Shown here: positions 19,826-30,202 of the stretch, piece by piece
Layout: the number at the start of each line of letters is the position of its first letter
How positions within the stretch are numbered: the first letter of the stretch is position 1
The notes under the pieces: model-generated
What the model saw: only the letters and a program-made list of their open reading frames with translations
Databases searched by the model: none
Told to the model about the DNA's origin: nothing
Position numbers and translations under genes: made by a program
DNA from: an uncultured Chthonomonadaceae bacterium
Lineage (GTDB): Bacteria; Armatimonadota; Chthonomonadetes; Chthonomonadales; Chthonomonadaceae
Assembly (NCBI GenBank): GCA_963835065.1
Contig: CAWIEK010000060.1
Coordinates: 1-64,000, forward strand
Reading direction: 5' to 3'
DNA length: 64,000 nucleotides

Positions 19826-20926
19826 ATGTCTGCCCAATTGTCCACGATCAAGCGCCTGCCGCGCCGCCGTCGCCATTTTGCTTCCCTGTCGGAAGCCGAT
19901 TTGCGCTCCGTTGTGTCCCATACCATTGGCGCGCAGGCGGACAGCGCCGAAATCATCATGCCCCATCAAGGCATTAACAACATGACCTACTTCGCGCGCA
20001 ATCGCGGGGGAGATAATTTTGTCATTAAGGTGCGGCCAGGGCTGAAACGAGAACCCGATGCCCCGCCACCGCCCAAACGCCGCGTCAACAGTCCGCAGTG
20101 GCCCCGTTACACGCAGGAATTACTCGGTCCCTATCCCAACGGCGATCTCGATACTCTGCCCGGCATTGCGGCGTTATTGCGGCAACATGGCAGGGTGCGA
20201 CTGCCTCGTATTTTCCGCGTAGATGACACGCTGGAATTAATTCCTGCCGCTTACATCGTCACCGAATGGCTGGAAGGAACCTCCTTCGACTGGCATGATT
20301 TCACGCCCCAGGCGGCGCGGCAACTTGGCGAACATCTTGGGGGCGTTCACGCGGCGACCGGAAACAAAGGCGGATTTGGTATTTTTGCCAGCAACGCAGA
20401 ATTCCCCGCCGAACACTGGTGGCTGCGTTTCGCTAAAGCCTATCGCATTCTCGCGGCGGAATTGGCGCGCGGGTCGGAAACCATGCGCTCGTTGGGCGAC
20501 ACTCTGGAAAGGGCGCTGACGCAGGCTGTTGCGACAGGGACGCCGCAGCGGTGCGGCCTGATTTGCATTGACCAGAATCCGCAGCACTATCTGCGCGGCG
20601 AAGAGGGAACCATTGCCGCGATGGTTGACATCGAAGGCCATTTGTGGGCGCCCATAGAGTACGAACTGGCAATGGTAGAAATGTGGGTGCAGCACCCGGC
20701 AAATTTACGCGCAGGTTACGAACAGGTCACGGCATGGCCTGCCGCGCTGGAGCAAGCGCGTCCCGCCTACCAGTTTATGACCTTTATGGAGTGGATTTAT
20801 TGCGTGTACACGCTGCTGCACAAACCCGAAGAAGCGGCGGAGTTGGAGCAGGTACTGGCGCAGCAGTGCGCAAATTGGAGCCGCGTGGTGCATCCGGTGG
20901 CGGCAAACGCGGCAGGCCAGGAATAG
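19826..20926 (+). CDS. Aminoglycoside phosphotransferase (APH)/kinase-like family protein
   Basis: FVIK, YIVTEWLEG, ICIDQNPQH (variant Brenner motif), MVDIE. Confidence 0.75.
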   Translation: MSAQLSTIKRLPRRRRHFASLSEADLRSVVSHTIGAQADSAEIIMPHQGINNMTYFARNRGGDNFVIKVRPGLKREPDAPPPPKRRVNSPQWPRYTQELLGPYPNGDLDTLPGIAALLRQHGRVRLPRIFRVDDTLELIPAAYIVTEWLEGTSFDWHDFTPQAARQLGEHLGGVHAATGNKGGFGIFASNAEFPAEHWWLRFAKAYRILAAELARGSETMRSLGDTLERALTQAVATGTPQRCGLICIDQNPQHYLRGEEGTIAAMVDIEGHLWAPIEYELAMVEMWVQHPANLRAGYEQVTAWPAALEQARPAYQFMTFMEWIYCVYTLLHKPEEAAELEQVLAQQCANWSRVVHPVAANAAGQE

Positions 20927-20965
20927 AGGCAGAGATGTTGACGCCTGCAAAGAAGGAGGGTTAAA

Positions 20966-21823
20966 TTGTCTCGATTTACGCGACGAAGCGCTTACGAGTT
21001 GTATGCCTGCCTGGGAAGCGACAATGGGCGCAGTCTCCGGCGCGCTGTCGCCATCCTGGATACGAAGGGAGTGCCTGCCACCGAGTTCCTGACAAACCTA
21101 TTGGCGCATGACCTTCAGGACTTTCGACGGGGCCGCAGGCAACAGGCATGGCTGTTGCTTGCGACGCTGGCGCTGTTTATGCTTGCGCATAGCCGGCTCA
21201 TTCTGGGGTGGCCTATCCACAATGAGTTCAGCCTGCTGTGCTTTCTGCTGTTTATGCTGATGACGCAGTTCCTGACATTGCGCTGCGACGCGCATTGCAG
21301 GAAAAAGAGGCGGATCAGGAACCTGTTGTTTTTGCTGCAAGAGGCCCCGCCTGTGGAGCGGACAGGTGTTTTCGTGGACGTCATGCGGTATGGGGATAGC
21401 GATGCGTCCTGTCTCGCCCAGGTTATTCTCGTGGCGACGCTGCCGCAAGTGAAAGACAAGAATCTGCTGTCGCAGGAGCAGCACGCGGCTTTATGCCAAA
21501 TCCTGCGAGGAACCAATACCAATCTGATTCTGGCGATTTTAGCCGCGTTTGAACAAATCGGAATTTCCCGCTCTCGTCGCGCCGTTCGACGTCTGGTATC
21601 GTGTCCCCTCTGGCTGGCAGACGCGAAACGCATTGAACGCGCCGCCAGCGCCTGCCTGCTGGCAATGCAGGAACGGGGCAAGCAGCAGGCGGTGGCCGAA
21701 ACGTCGCTGCGGGCGGCAACGCCTGCCGTTTCTACGGCGCGCGCGCTTTTGCGGCCTGTGGAAGCGTATAATTCCAGTCAAGACGCGGAACAGTTGATGC
21801 GTCTTTCTTCCCTTTCTGAGTAA
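20966..21823 (+). CDS. Hypothetical membrane protein with a HEAT-like helical C-terminus
   Basis: Two TM segments; LILAILAAFEQIG...AVRRL...AASACL. Confidence 0.6.
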   Translation: MSRFTRRSAYELYACLGSDNGRSLRRAVAILDTKGVPATEFLTNLLAHDLQDFRRGRRQQAWLLLATLALFMLAHSRLILGWPIHNEFSLLCFLLFMLMTQFLTLRCDAHCRKKRRIRNLLFLLQEAPPVERTGVFVDVMRYGDSDASCLAQVILVATLPQVKDKNLLSQEQHAALCQILRGTNTNLILAILAAFEQIGISRSRRAVRRLVSCPLWLADAKRIERAASACLLAMQERGKQQAVAETSLRAATPAVSTARALLRPVEAYNSSQDAEQLMRLSSLSE

Positions 21824-21896
21824 CTCTCCCTGTATTGAGCGCATCCTTTCGTATAGAAATGCTCACCCGGTTTCCAAAATTGGAAGCAGGGCTGTT

Positions 21897-23348
21897 TCAG
21901 TAGTATTCGCGGATGCGCTGATGGAGGCCGTACCCGGCAGCAAATGGAATCAGCAGCGACAGGAAAGCCGCGCTCAACGGCGTCCATTGGAGAATTTGAA
22001 AGGCGGCTTTTACGTCCTTGTCAAACTCCTTCTGGTTGATGTCCAGGACGGCTCCGAGCGCGCCGTCGAATTGATCGAACGCATAGTTGGATTGTCCGGG
22101 GTGCGTTCCCGTGCAGAGAATGACCGCCGCGTCATGCTGACCGGACTCTTCCATCTGGCGGATTTTGGCGTCCACTTGCAGGTAGGCGCCGAACGCGCGC
22201 AGCATGGCAATGGCGGCGTCCTGTTCGCCCGCAAAGGTGATGTTGCGCAGTTCGTCGCCGATATAGCCTTTGAACGTGGGCGGCTGGCTTTGCGCGGCGG
22301 CGATAACCGCGTCCGTAACCGGGGTGTCGGCGAGCAGCGCGGCCTTTTCCCGGAACTGCCGCGCGTATCGCTGCTGATCTTTATAAAGCAAATACAGGCT
22401 TTCATCCCCGTTCGCGTCGAACGCGACGGCGCGGGCCATCCACAGCGCATGAATGGAGTCGAAACAATCCTGCTTTGTCTGCTTCAACAGGGTTTGTTCC
22501 TGTCCGAGCGTATGCAGCGTTTGGGCCAAAAACACCAGCAACAGGAGTGTGGCAGCGGCCAGGGGTATGTTCAGCAGACGGTGGGCGCGCTGAAAAAGAA
22601 AGAACTGCGCTCCGGCGAGAACCGCCAGCAGCAGCAGGCCCATACCGGAAACCCGCAGGCGCAGCCAGCCCCCATTCTGCCGCGCCGTCGCATAAGCCGC
22701 GTTGAGATGGTCAAAGTTGGCGGCATCCAGGGCGACGGCGGAAGGCAGCAAGGTCTTGTGCATCCTATCCGAAGCCTGAAACAAAAGCGGCAAGCCTGCC
22801 GGGTAGCCTTTGGAGCGCGCCACTTCCACCAACCCCACGTACTGCTGCAAGGTGGCGGTCATAGCGAGAATAGGAACGCGCTCCTCGTCGCCGAAAGTGA
22901 TGTTTTGCGCGGCGGAAATCAGCGCGTCCGTAACCTGTTGGCGGTCTGTCTCATACTGCTTGCTGGCGGCTGTGGTCTGCTGGCTGAAAAAGCCGTTGGC
23001 GGCGTTGGCGTCCATGTCGGCAAGGTACGCGCGGATTTTTTCCGCCGCCACAATGCTCGGCACGGCGTCTTTGCCGATCACCTGAATCGCGCTGCGCGTG
23101 TCGGTCAAACTGCCCTGAACAATGAACCAGAGCAGGAAGGAGCCGAGCGCAATGAAAAGCGCGGCGGCCTGCATCCTTCCCGGCGTCGTTGCGGCGTGTT
23201 GGCGCAGGCGCGACAGCGCGGCAATGTAAGCAGGCGCAGGCGCAGGAGCCACAGGAACAGCAGCCGGGGCGGGAGAACCGGCGGCAGCAGGCGAAGCGGA
23301 AGTGGAAGCAGCGCCGGCAGGAGCCGGCGCGCGGGGCGCTATGGTCAT
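21897..23348 (-). CDS. GlnX-like 4-TM protein with two extracytoplasmic four-helix bundles
   Basis: LADMDANAANGF, HRLLNIPLAAAT loop and C-terminal GLHQRIREY resemble actinobacterial GlnX; ATGA-coupled to the FHA gene. Confidence 0.72.
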   Translation of the reverse strand: MTIAPRAPAPAGAASTSASPAAAGSPAPAAVPVAPAPAPAYIAALSRLRQHAATTPGRMQAAALFIALGSFLLWFIVQGSLTDTRSAIQVIGKDAVPSIVAAEKIRAYLADMDANAANGFFSQQTTAASKQYETDRQQVTDALISAAQNITFGDEERVPILAMTATLQQYVGLVEVARSKGYPAGLPLLFQASDRMHKTLLPSAVALDAANFDHLNAAYATARQNGGWLRLRVSGMGLLLLAVLAGAQFFLFQRAHRLLNIPLAAATLLLLVFLAQTLHTLGQEQTLLKQTKQDCFDSIHALWMARAVAFDANGDESLYLLYKDQQRYARQFREKAALLADTPVTDAVIAAAQSQPPTFKGYIGDELRNITFAGEQDAAIAMLRAFGAYLQVDAKIRQMEESGQHDAAVILCTGTHPGQSNYAFDQFDGALGAVLDINQKEFDKDVKAAFQILQWTPLSAAFLSLLIPFAAGYGLHQRIREYY

Positions 23349-24253
23349 GTACGGGCCTGTCTCTCGTGTACGGTGATGCGGGTCCAGCAGCCTAATGTGA
23401 TTTCATCGCCATCGTGCAGGGGCGCGCGGACACCGGGCTGTATGTCTACGCCGTTGAGCTGCGTTCCATTAGTGGAGCCAACATCCAGAAGCAGAAAACT
23501 GCCGTCCATTTGCCGCTGCAGTTTGGCGTGGCGATGCGAAACGCCGGGATCGTTGAGCGGGATTTCCGGGCGTATGTCCTTGCGCTCGCTGCGCCGCCCG
23601 ATCAGCATTTCGGCCACATCCAGCGGGAACACGCGCTCCGCTTCCCCCACCGGGGCCGGCACGTTGGGGTCAGGATCGGCATACAGCGAAGCGTCCACAA
23701 CGGCGCGAATTTCCCAACCGGGCGGCAGGGCGGAGGTGTCCGGCAAAGCGGCCTGCGTCAGTCCATTCGCCATGTCCCCATTCATAGCCGGAGGAAAGGG
23801 CGTTTCCGGTTGTGGCGATAGGGGAATGGCGGACGTTATTGGCGGAACAGGCGTTGTCGGCTGTGGCGGGCCAGGCGTTTCCGCGAAAGCCATTGGAGCC
23901 GCTGCTGGAATAGAGGGAACAAGAATGGGCGCCGGCGCCGCTTCCGCGGATGGCAGGGAAACGAGCAATGGCAGCGTGGAAACAACAATGGGCGGAACCG
24001 TCGCGGACGCTCCGCTTGCAAAGTTGTAACGGCACACTTCGCAAAACCGCGCCCCGTCGTGACGCGGCGTGCCACAATCCGGGCACACTTCCATGCCCGC
24101 GACTGCGCCGGTTCCCGTTGAGGATACGGGCGCATTAGGGGAGGCCGGCGCGTTCAAGCCGTCGCCCACGCCCTGAATTTTCGCGCCGCATACGGAGCAG
24201 TAATCGCTGTCGGCAGATTGGTGCGTTGGGTCTTTCGGACAGGCGTAAGTCAT
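23345..24253 (-). CDS. Double zinc-ribbon, Pro-rich linker, FHA domain protein
   Basis: YCSVCG, CPDCG...FCEVC; IGRR, GVSHRHA, GSTNGT. Confidence 0.9.
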   Translation of the reverse strand: MTYACPKDPTHQSADSDYCSVCGAKIQGVGDGLNAPASPNAPVSSTGTGAVAGMEVCPDCGTPRHDGARFCEVCRYNFASGASATVPPIVVSTLPLLVSLPSAEAAPAPILVPSIPAAAPMAFAETPGPPQPTTPVPPITSAIPLSPQPETPFPPAMNGDMANGLTQAALPDTSALPPGWEIRAVVDASLYADPDPNVPAPVGEAERVFPLDVAEMLIGRRSERKDIRPEIPLNDPGVSHRHAKLQRQMDGSFLLLDVGSTNGTQLNGVDIQPGVRAPLHDGDEITLGCWTRITVHERQART

Positions 24254-24255
24254 GG

Positions 24256-25533
24256 TCAGGCTCCTTGCGCGGGCTTGCGAACCGCGCGGGCGGTGCGCGT
24301 ACTGCCCAAATCCAAATCTATCTCATCGGCCTTGTTGACGGCGGATTTCAGGCGCACGGTTCCCTCATGCGCGTCCACGATTTCCACCACTTTCGCCAGC
24401 CGTCGGGTCGTATCTTCATTGCCGGAAGCCGCCGCCAGCTTCGCCGCCCGGCCTAAAAAGCGCGTGGCCGTGTCCATATCGCCCCGTTCCCGCGCTTCCA
24501 ATCCTTCCTGAATGGCGGACGCGAGTTCCTCCTGCCCGGTGTAGTGCGCCACCTGCGCGTTGATGCGCGAGGAAAGGCGCTCGTCGTCCGTCCACGTCGC
24601 CACCACAGGCTTGCCCGCTACTTTGGTTTCCTGCCCGCCCTGCTGATACACGATGGCGGGACGGCAGGCCAGCATCTCATCCCCAATATCACCCTGCATT
24701 ACCTGAATGGTAATCTGGTAGTCCCGCGATTCCGCGCCCCACGCGCCCGTCGGGAAATCGAATGTTTGCGGGTCCAGCCGGGTGGCGCGGGTCGTCAAGT
24801 CAACGATTTCAGGACTCATTTGCTTGCAGGCGAGGATGGTGGCGCTTTTGGGAGTCCACAGGCGCAGGCGCACATCCCCGATTGCCCGACCCATCGCGCC
24901 CTGAATGGCGGCGCGGAAATCGGCTTCCATGCCCCTCGGATTGGCAATAATCTGCGCCGTGCCGAGCAGTTTCTGCGCGATTTTTTGAAGCTGCTTTGTC
25001 TGCCAGTCCGTTCCCACGCCCCGGCAGTCGCACTGGAACACGCCCTCACACGCCTGCAATTCCTGCTCCAGCGTTCCTTCATCGTTGGGAGTGTTTTTGC
25101 CGTCGGTCAGGAACAGGGCGTAGGGAATAGCGTTGGGAAAGCGGGCAAATTCGAGCCGCGCCTGCCGCAGCGCCTGCGACATTACAGTTCCGCCGCCCGC
25201 GTCCAAGCGCTGTACGGCAGCCTGCGCGACGGCTTTATTTTGAGGCGTGGCAAGCGCGGGAGGCGAAATCAGCCGTACATGATCCGAAAAGCCAAGCACG
25301 AAGAATTGCGCGCTTGCATCCAGCAGATCAATGGCCTTGCGCGTGGCTTCCCGCGCATATTGGATTCGCTCGCCCTGCATGGAACCGGAAAGGTCAATAA
25401 TCAGGCCAATCACCGTGTTGGAACGAACAACCGCTTCCTCCCGGCCGGTTGCGCCAACGGTGACAATGGCGTCCACGCGATTGGTTCCCACCGGAAGGTA
25501 GGGATTCAAATAGGTATCCAGTGTAAACTGCAT
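24256..25533 (-). CDS. vWA domain protein
   Basis: MIDAS motif DLSGS, GGGT, LFLTDG. Confidence 0.9.
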   Translation of the reverse strand: MQFTLDTYLNPYLPVGTNRVDAIVTVGATGREEAVVRSNTVIGLIIDLSGSMQGERIQYAREATRKAIDLLDASAQFFVLGFSDHVRLISPPALATPQNKAVAQAAVQRLDAGGGTVMSQALRQARLEFARFPNAIPYALFLTDGKNTPNDEGTLEQELQACEGVFQCDCRGVGTDWQTKQLQKIAQKLLGTAQIIANPRGMEADFRAAIQGAMGRAIGDVRLRLWTPKSATILACKQMSPEIVDLTTRATRLDPQTFDFPTGAWGAESRDYQITIQVMQGDIGDEMLACRPAIVYQQGGQETKVAGKPVVATWTDDERLSSRINAQVAHYTGQEELASAIQEGLEARERGDMDTATRFLGRAAKLAAASGNEDTTRRLAKVVEIVDAHEGTVRLKSAVNKADEIDLDLGSTRTARAVRKPAQGA

Positions 25534-25642
25534 CGAGTTTCTCCTTGCCCATGCGGACATAATATTTTGCTAATACAAACACAACATTGTCCATGCGGAC
25601 ACAACATGTTGTGCCCCTACGGATTATTTCATTATGTTTATG

Positions 25643-26650
25643 TTAAAACGTTAATATGGCGACAGTGATGTTATCCCGCCCGCCCTGCAAATTGGCATAA
25701 GCGGCCAGACGCCGCGCCAGTTCCAGCGCGGTTTCCGGCGCGTCCGCTTCCGCGACAAGCGCGCCAAGCATTTCGGGCGTGGGCGCGTAGTTCCAAAGCC
25801 CGTCCGTACACAGCAGCAGACGGCTGCCCGGCAGCAAGCGAAGGGTGACAAGGCCGGGGGGTGGCGAGGTTTCGGGCTTGTCATCCTCCCACGGGCCGAG
25901 GCAAAGCGTGATCGCGTGGGCCTGCGGATCCCGCTCGGCTTCCTCCATGCTCATGGCTCCGGCGTCTACGATGTCGTTGACCCACGAATGGTCGCGGGTC
26001 AGAGGGCGCGTTTCGTTGGGCGTGAGCAGGTACGCGCGGCTGTCGCCGACCCATCCTATGGTGGCGGTTCCCTCGTAAACGAGCGCGGCCACAAGGGTCG
26101 TGAGCGGGGGCGTTTTGCCATTCCCTGCGTTGTGCGGCACGGCGCAAACAGCAAGATGGGCGGCGGCAATAGCCTGCTGCATCGCGCCAATCGCATCCAG
26201 CGCGTCGGTTCGCAGAGCGTCGGTCAGCGCCGTTTTTGCGGCCTGCGCCGCCGCTTCCGACGCCTGATCCGCTTCCTGAGAACTGCTGACGCCATCGCAT
26301 ACGACCAGAATGTAGGCTTCCCGCCCGCCCACAGTCCCGGTTCCGAGCGCCAGCGCGTCCTCGTTGCGCGCATGTTTGCGGCCCCGATCCGTCACCCCGC
26401 CGAACCCGGACGCGATTTCCACTTCCTGATGATCGCGGGGCTGTGGCGTTCGCGCCAGGGGCGTAACCCGCCTGCCGCATTGCAGGCAAAAGCCCTGCGC
26501 ATCCACCTGATCGGCTTCCGCCCCGCACCGACAGCGAACAGCGGCGTCACCTGTCGCTGTAACCCCCTGTACTGACGATAAAGCCGTTCCACACGCTTCA
26601 CAAAACCGCGCGTCTGCTGCCGCTTCCGCGCCGCATTTCGGACACTGCAT
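25643..26650 (-). CDS. Double zinc-ribbon PP2C (PPM) protein phosphatase
   Basis: CPKCG...FCEACG; RNEDA, CDGVS, VGDSRAY, CTDGLW, GGRDNIT. Confidence 0.92.
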   Translation of the reverse strand: MQCPKCGAEAAADARFCEACGTALSSVQGVTATGDAAVRCRCGAEADQVDAQGFCLQCGRRVTPLARTPQPRDHQEVEIASGFGGVTDRGRKHARNEDALALGTGTVGGREAYILVVCDGVSSSQEADQASEAAAQAAKTALTDALRTDALDAIGAMQQAIAAAHLAVCAVPHNAGNGKTPPLTTLVAALVYEGTATIGWVGDSRAYLLTPNETRPLTRDHSWVNDIVDAGAMSMEEAERDPQAHAITLCLGPWEDDKPETSPPPGLVTLRLLPGSRLLLCTDGLWNYAPTPEMLGALVAEADAPETALELARRLAAYANLQGGRDNITVAILTF

Positions 26651-26688
26651 CCGGTTCTTTCCTTAACTTTCCATTTCATGTATGCTGC

Positions 26689-28872
26689 TCAAAGCAGCGT
26701 GTGAGGCCGTATGTTGTTGGCCTGGTCTATGAAGGCGAAACGCTCCTGCTGCGTTTTGGCGTAGCGGGCGCAGGCGCGCAGTTCTCGTTCCGCGCCGATA
26801 CGCAGGGAGCGCGCGGCCATTTCCTGCCCTAACAACCGATTGGCGCTGTTGGCGGGAACCGCTTTGGCTTCCACTTGCGCCACCGCCGTGAGATACAGTT
26901 CCGCCGACAGACGGTGCAGCGCGAAGCCTTCCAGCGACAGGGCGGCAATGGCTTTAGCCGCCTGTATCAATTCATTCTCGCCGGGGGCAGTGGGCTGCGC
27001 GTGCAGCAGGGCGCGGGCCAGCGACATTTGCGCTTCCGTAAAGAAACTGGACGTGGCGGGAACGCGCCCATACGCGGCGACGGCTCCGCTCTTATCGGCA
27101 GTCGCCGCAAGACACCGCGCCAGTCCGAAGGACGCGCTGACATAGTTCGGCTCCGTGCGCGAAACCCGGTCGTAGTAACTTTCCGCCGTTTTCCAGTCCT
27201 GCGCCAATTCCGCCGACAGCGCAAGGGCCAGTTTGGGCGCGAGTTCGCCCGGCAGTTCGCTGTACACCTTGTCGAAAGCGGCCTGCGCATCGCGGGGCTT
27301 GCCCTGCGCCAGCAGCAGGCGTCCCCGGTACCACCATACGCGCCAGTCGAACGGGTCCTGCTCCAGCACATGCGCGAGATAGCCTTCTGCAGCCGCGTAC
27401 TGCGCCGTTCCAATCGCCTCATCCGCAAGGCGCAGGGGCGCTTCCACCGAGTCAGGAAACTTTTTGGCGGCGCTTTCCAGCAAATCCCGGCGCGCTTTGC
27501 CGGCCAGGGAACCGGAGGAAAGCAGCAGGGGCGCGGCGGGGTCGAGCGCGTCCAATTTCAGCATCGGCAACGCGCGCCAGTTGGGGCCAATCGCCGCGCC
27601 TTCCGCCTCGCTTTTGTCCAGCAGCGTGTCGCCCGTAAACAAGGGGCTTTCAAACGAGCGCGTGACGCCCGATTCTGCCATCACTTCGCGCAGAACGCCG
27701 AGCAGTTGTTCCGCCATCTCATCGGCGGATTGGAACCGCATATCAGGGTCGTTGTGCGTGGCGCGCAGCAGGAAGCGGTACAGCGAATCGTAATGCGCGA
27801 AAAGCGGCTGTTCGGCGGGCGTGGGCAGGGACGTCAGATAGGTTCCCTGAAACTTGAAGTCCATCAGCAGGACGGCCAATGTGCGGGCAACGGTGTACAA
27901 ATCGGAAGAAAACGAGGGACTCTGGTTGGCTTCCGGGGCGGTGTAGCCGACCGTGCCGTACACATCGCCATCGGTATCGTCTATCCGGCGCACGCCGCCC
28001 ATGTCTATCAATTTAACATCATCGTCTTCGAGCATGATGTTGTCGGGCTTGAAGTCACAATACACAAGGTTCTGGCGTTCCAGGTACGCGAAGGCGGGCA
28101 GAATGGCGTGGATGTAGGCGATGGCTTCCGCAACGGGCAACGGCCCGCGCTCCTGCCGAATGGCTTTGAGCGTTTTGCCGCCCACATACTCCATCACGAT
28201 GTAACCTTCGGTTCCCCGCGTGACAAAATTGTAAATGCCCACGATTTTGGGATTTTTCACTGCCGCCAAAAACTGCCGTTCGGCCACCGCAGCGGCAGCG
28301 CTTGCCGCGTCTTTGGAGTTCAGCAGGCCCTTGAGAACGACCCAGCGCGACAGCGTGGCATCCCATCCTAAATAAATCCAGCCCAGTCCGCCAAACGCGA
28401 TGGGGCCTTTTACTTCAAATTGCCCCGCAACCACATCCCCGGCTTTGAGCGTGGGAACAAACGAATACTCCTGCCCGCACATAGGGCAAAAGCCTTTTTC
28501 GTGATTGAGTTTGGCGTTGCAGTTGTTGCAGTAGCGCTTGCGGTCCGGCACAACGGGATCGGGCATGATGGACAGCAGCGGGTCCTGCGAGGGCAGCAGG
28601 GGCAGGGAGACCAGCCCCGCTCCAAGCTGGCGGCGCGTACTGACTCGGCCCCTGCCGCTCGCCTTGCCGTTTCGTCCCGACCCCGCGCGCCCCGAAAACG
28701 ACGCGCTCGCGCTTGACATGCTTTGCGAGGACAGGGCTGACGACCCGGTTCTGCCGCTGGCGGTATTCAGCGCGTCCAGTATTTTCTGACCGGCGGGCGG
28801 GCGTCCACAGGTATCGCAAAACCCGTCCACAATAACGCCGGCGCACCCGGCGCGTTGGCAGCGTACTTCCAC
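26689..28872 (-). CDS. pknG: PknG-like Ser/Thr kinase (rubredoxin-like domain, non-RD kinase, TPR)
   Basis: YCNNC...FCPMCG, IAFGGLGWIYL, VVLKGL, YCDFKPDN, IDMG, YGTVGYTAPE, TPR repeats and C-terminal DQANNIRP all parallel PknG. Confidence 0.88.
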   Translation of the reverse strand: MEVRCQRAGCAGVIVDGFCDTCGRPPAGQKILDALNTASGRTGSSALSSQSMSSASASFSGRAGSGRNGKASGRGRVSTRRQLGAGLVSLPLLPSQDPLLSIMPDPVVPDRKRYCNNCNAKLNHEKGFCPMCGQEYSFVPTLKAGDVVAGQFEVKGPIAFGGLGWIYLGWDATLSRWVVLKGLLNSKDAASAAAAVAERQFLAAVKNPKIVGIYNFVTRGTEGYIVMEYVGGKTLKAIRQERGPLPVAEAIAYIHAILPAFAYLERQNLVYCDFKPDNIMLEDDDVKLIDMGGVRRIDDTDGDVYGTVGYTAPEANQSPSFSSDLYTVARTLAVLLMDFKFQGTYLTSLPTPAEQPLFAHYDSLYRFLLRATHNDPDMRFQSADEMAEQLLGVLREVMAESGVTRSFESPLFTGDTLLDKSEAEGAAIGPNWRALPMLKLDALDPAAPLLLSSGSLAGKARRDLLESAAKKFPDSVEAPLRLADEAIGTAQYAAAEGYLAHVLEQDPFDWRVWWYRGRLLLAQGKPRDAQAAFDKVYSELPGELAPKLALALSAELAQDWKTAESYYDRVSRTEPNYVSASFGLARCLAATADKSGAVAAYGRVPATSSFFTEAQMSLARALLHAQPTAPGENELIQAAKAIAALSLEGFALHRLSAELYLTAVAQVEAKAVPANSANRLLGQEMAARSLRIGAERELRACARYAKTQQERFAFIDQANNIRPHTLL

Positions 28873-28891
28873 GATTATTTGTTCCTGCTTT

Positions 28892-30130
28892 CTACTTGCG
28901 ATTTAATCGCTTCTCATATTCCCCTACAAGGCGGGCTGCTTCCGCCACAACGACGGGGTACGCATGCAGGCAGGCTTCCGCCTGTCCTGCAATATCCGGC
29001 AGGGCGGCATCCAGAATTTGGCCGCGCGCCTGTAGGGATTGCGCTTTGGCCTGAAACGCGGCCAGTCTGCCCCGCAGGTCTAAGATCGCATCCAGGGGAA
29101 ATTGGTTGGCGGCAAGGGCGGCGCGTTCGGCGTCCAGATACGCATTGGCGGCGGGCAGCCAATGGCTGAGTCCCACGCCTACTGCTTTCCAGTGCCCCTG
29201 CTCGGCGGTTGCGTTCAGCGTGGCAAGCCAGCGTTCGAGGTCAATAATCGCGCTTTCCTCCAAAGGCGCGCGTAATGCCTGCGTCCCCGCTATCTTTTGC
29301 CGACATTGCGTAAGCGCGGCCCTGCATTGTTCATGCGCTTCCCGCAGACTTTGCAGCAGGAGGGGCGCGCGGTTCAGGTCGGCCTGTGTTTGCGCGCGCT
29401 GACGCGCCAACTCCTCCAAACGTTGGCGGGTTCGCTGGAGAAGCGGCGACACTTCCCGGTCGAAACCGGCGTCCGCGCCCAGCGGGTCATTGGCAATCGT
29501 CCGACTTAGTTCCGCAACGCGCTGCCGGACAGCAGTGAGTTCGTTTAATTCCGGTTCTCCCATTGAAGCGGCCAGTTCCTGCAAGCGGCCCACTTCCTGA
29601 TGGGCGTCGGCAAGGGCGGGTTCCAGCCGGTTCCAGGCCGTGTCTACGGCCAGAATGGTATTCTTGACACCGGCAAACACGCGCGTCATGGCTGTCAGCA
29701 GCAGGTCGGGCGTAGTGGTTTGTGGGATTTGCGCGGCTCCCAGCAAATCACGTTGCGCAAGCGGCGTTTCCAGGGGCGGCAACACGACGCTCGGCCCCTG
29801 CAAAAGCTGCGCAATCTCTAAAAGCGCCACATCCGTTCGCCGTACGCGCGGCAGGGAACCGCGCAGTTCGGACGCCCGCTTGACCACGTCGCTGAGAAGC
29901 TGCAAATACTGCCAGAGCGTACGCGCCGAGGCAAGCGCGGGAACCACTTGCGCCTGCGTGGTTCCGATAAGCGCGGGGGGCGCGTCGAGTTCGCCTTTGA
30001 GTCGCCGGTACGTAAAAAAATCATCCAGTTCGATCAGATTGCGGCTGACAACGTTGAGTTTTTGCTGCCAGGCCGCGAGTTCGCGGTCTATCTGCGCGAT
30101 GGTAATTTCTGGTTGCTGTGGGTGTGGCAT
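28892..30130 (-). CDS. All-helical/coiled-coil hypothetical protein, first gene of the kinase operon
   Basis: 412 aa heptad-rich soluble protein ending 19 bp before the kinase start. Confidence 0.8.
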   Translation of the reverse strand: MPHPQQPEITIAQIDRELAAWQQKLNVVSRNLIELDDFFTYRRLKGELDAPPALIGTTQAQVVPALASARTLWQYLQLLSDVVKRASELRGSLPRVRRTDVALLEIAQLLQGPSVVLPPLETPLAQRDLLGAAQIPQTTTPDLLLTAMTRVFAGVKNTILAVDTAWNRLEPALADAHQEVGRLQELAASMGEPELNELTAVRQRVAELSRTIANDPLGADAGFDREVSPLLQRTRQRLEELARQRAQTQADLNRAPLLLQSLREAHEQCRAALTQCRQKIAGTQALRAPLEESAIIDLERWLATLNATAEQGHWKAVGVGLSHWLPAANAYLDAERAALAANQFPLDAILDLRGRLAAFQAKAQSLQARGQILDAALPDIAGQAEACLHAYPVVVAEAARLVGEYEKRLNRK

Positions 30131-30202
30131 CTTACAATTGATTTTCGCGTTCTCACACCAGGTTTACTTTTTAGAAGCAGGCCAATAAGAAGCAGGCCTA
30201 AC

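Noticed and set aside
19826..20926. APH-like and ANT-like genes as antibiotic resistance determinants
   Set aside because: There is fold-level similarity only, the motifs are atypical, and there is no integron or resistance context.
2008..21823. Region right of the recombinase as prophage or element cargo
   Set aside because: It has no phage or conjugation genes and carries host-type repeats. Any element more likely extends left of the window.
21921..24029. Long antisense ORFs (also 24544-25668, 26875-28371, 38015-39472, 57210-59237)
   Set aside because: They are shadows of well-supported genes in GC-rich DNA and carry no recognisable motifs.
24256..28872. Calling the vWA-PP2C-kinase trio the TerY-P defence system
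   Set aside because: The kinase is clearly PknG-type with rubredoxin and TPR domains, the vWA protein is much longer than TerY, and FHA and GlnX-like genes are attached. The similarity is an analogy only.
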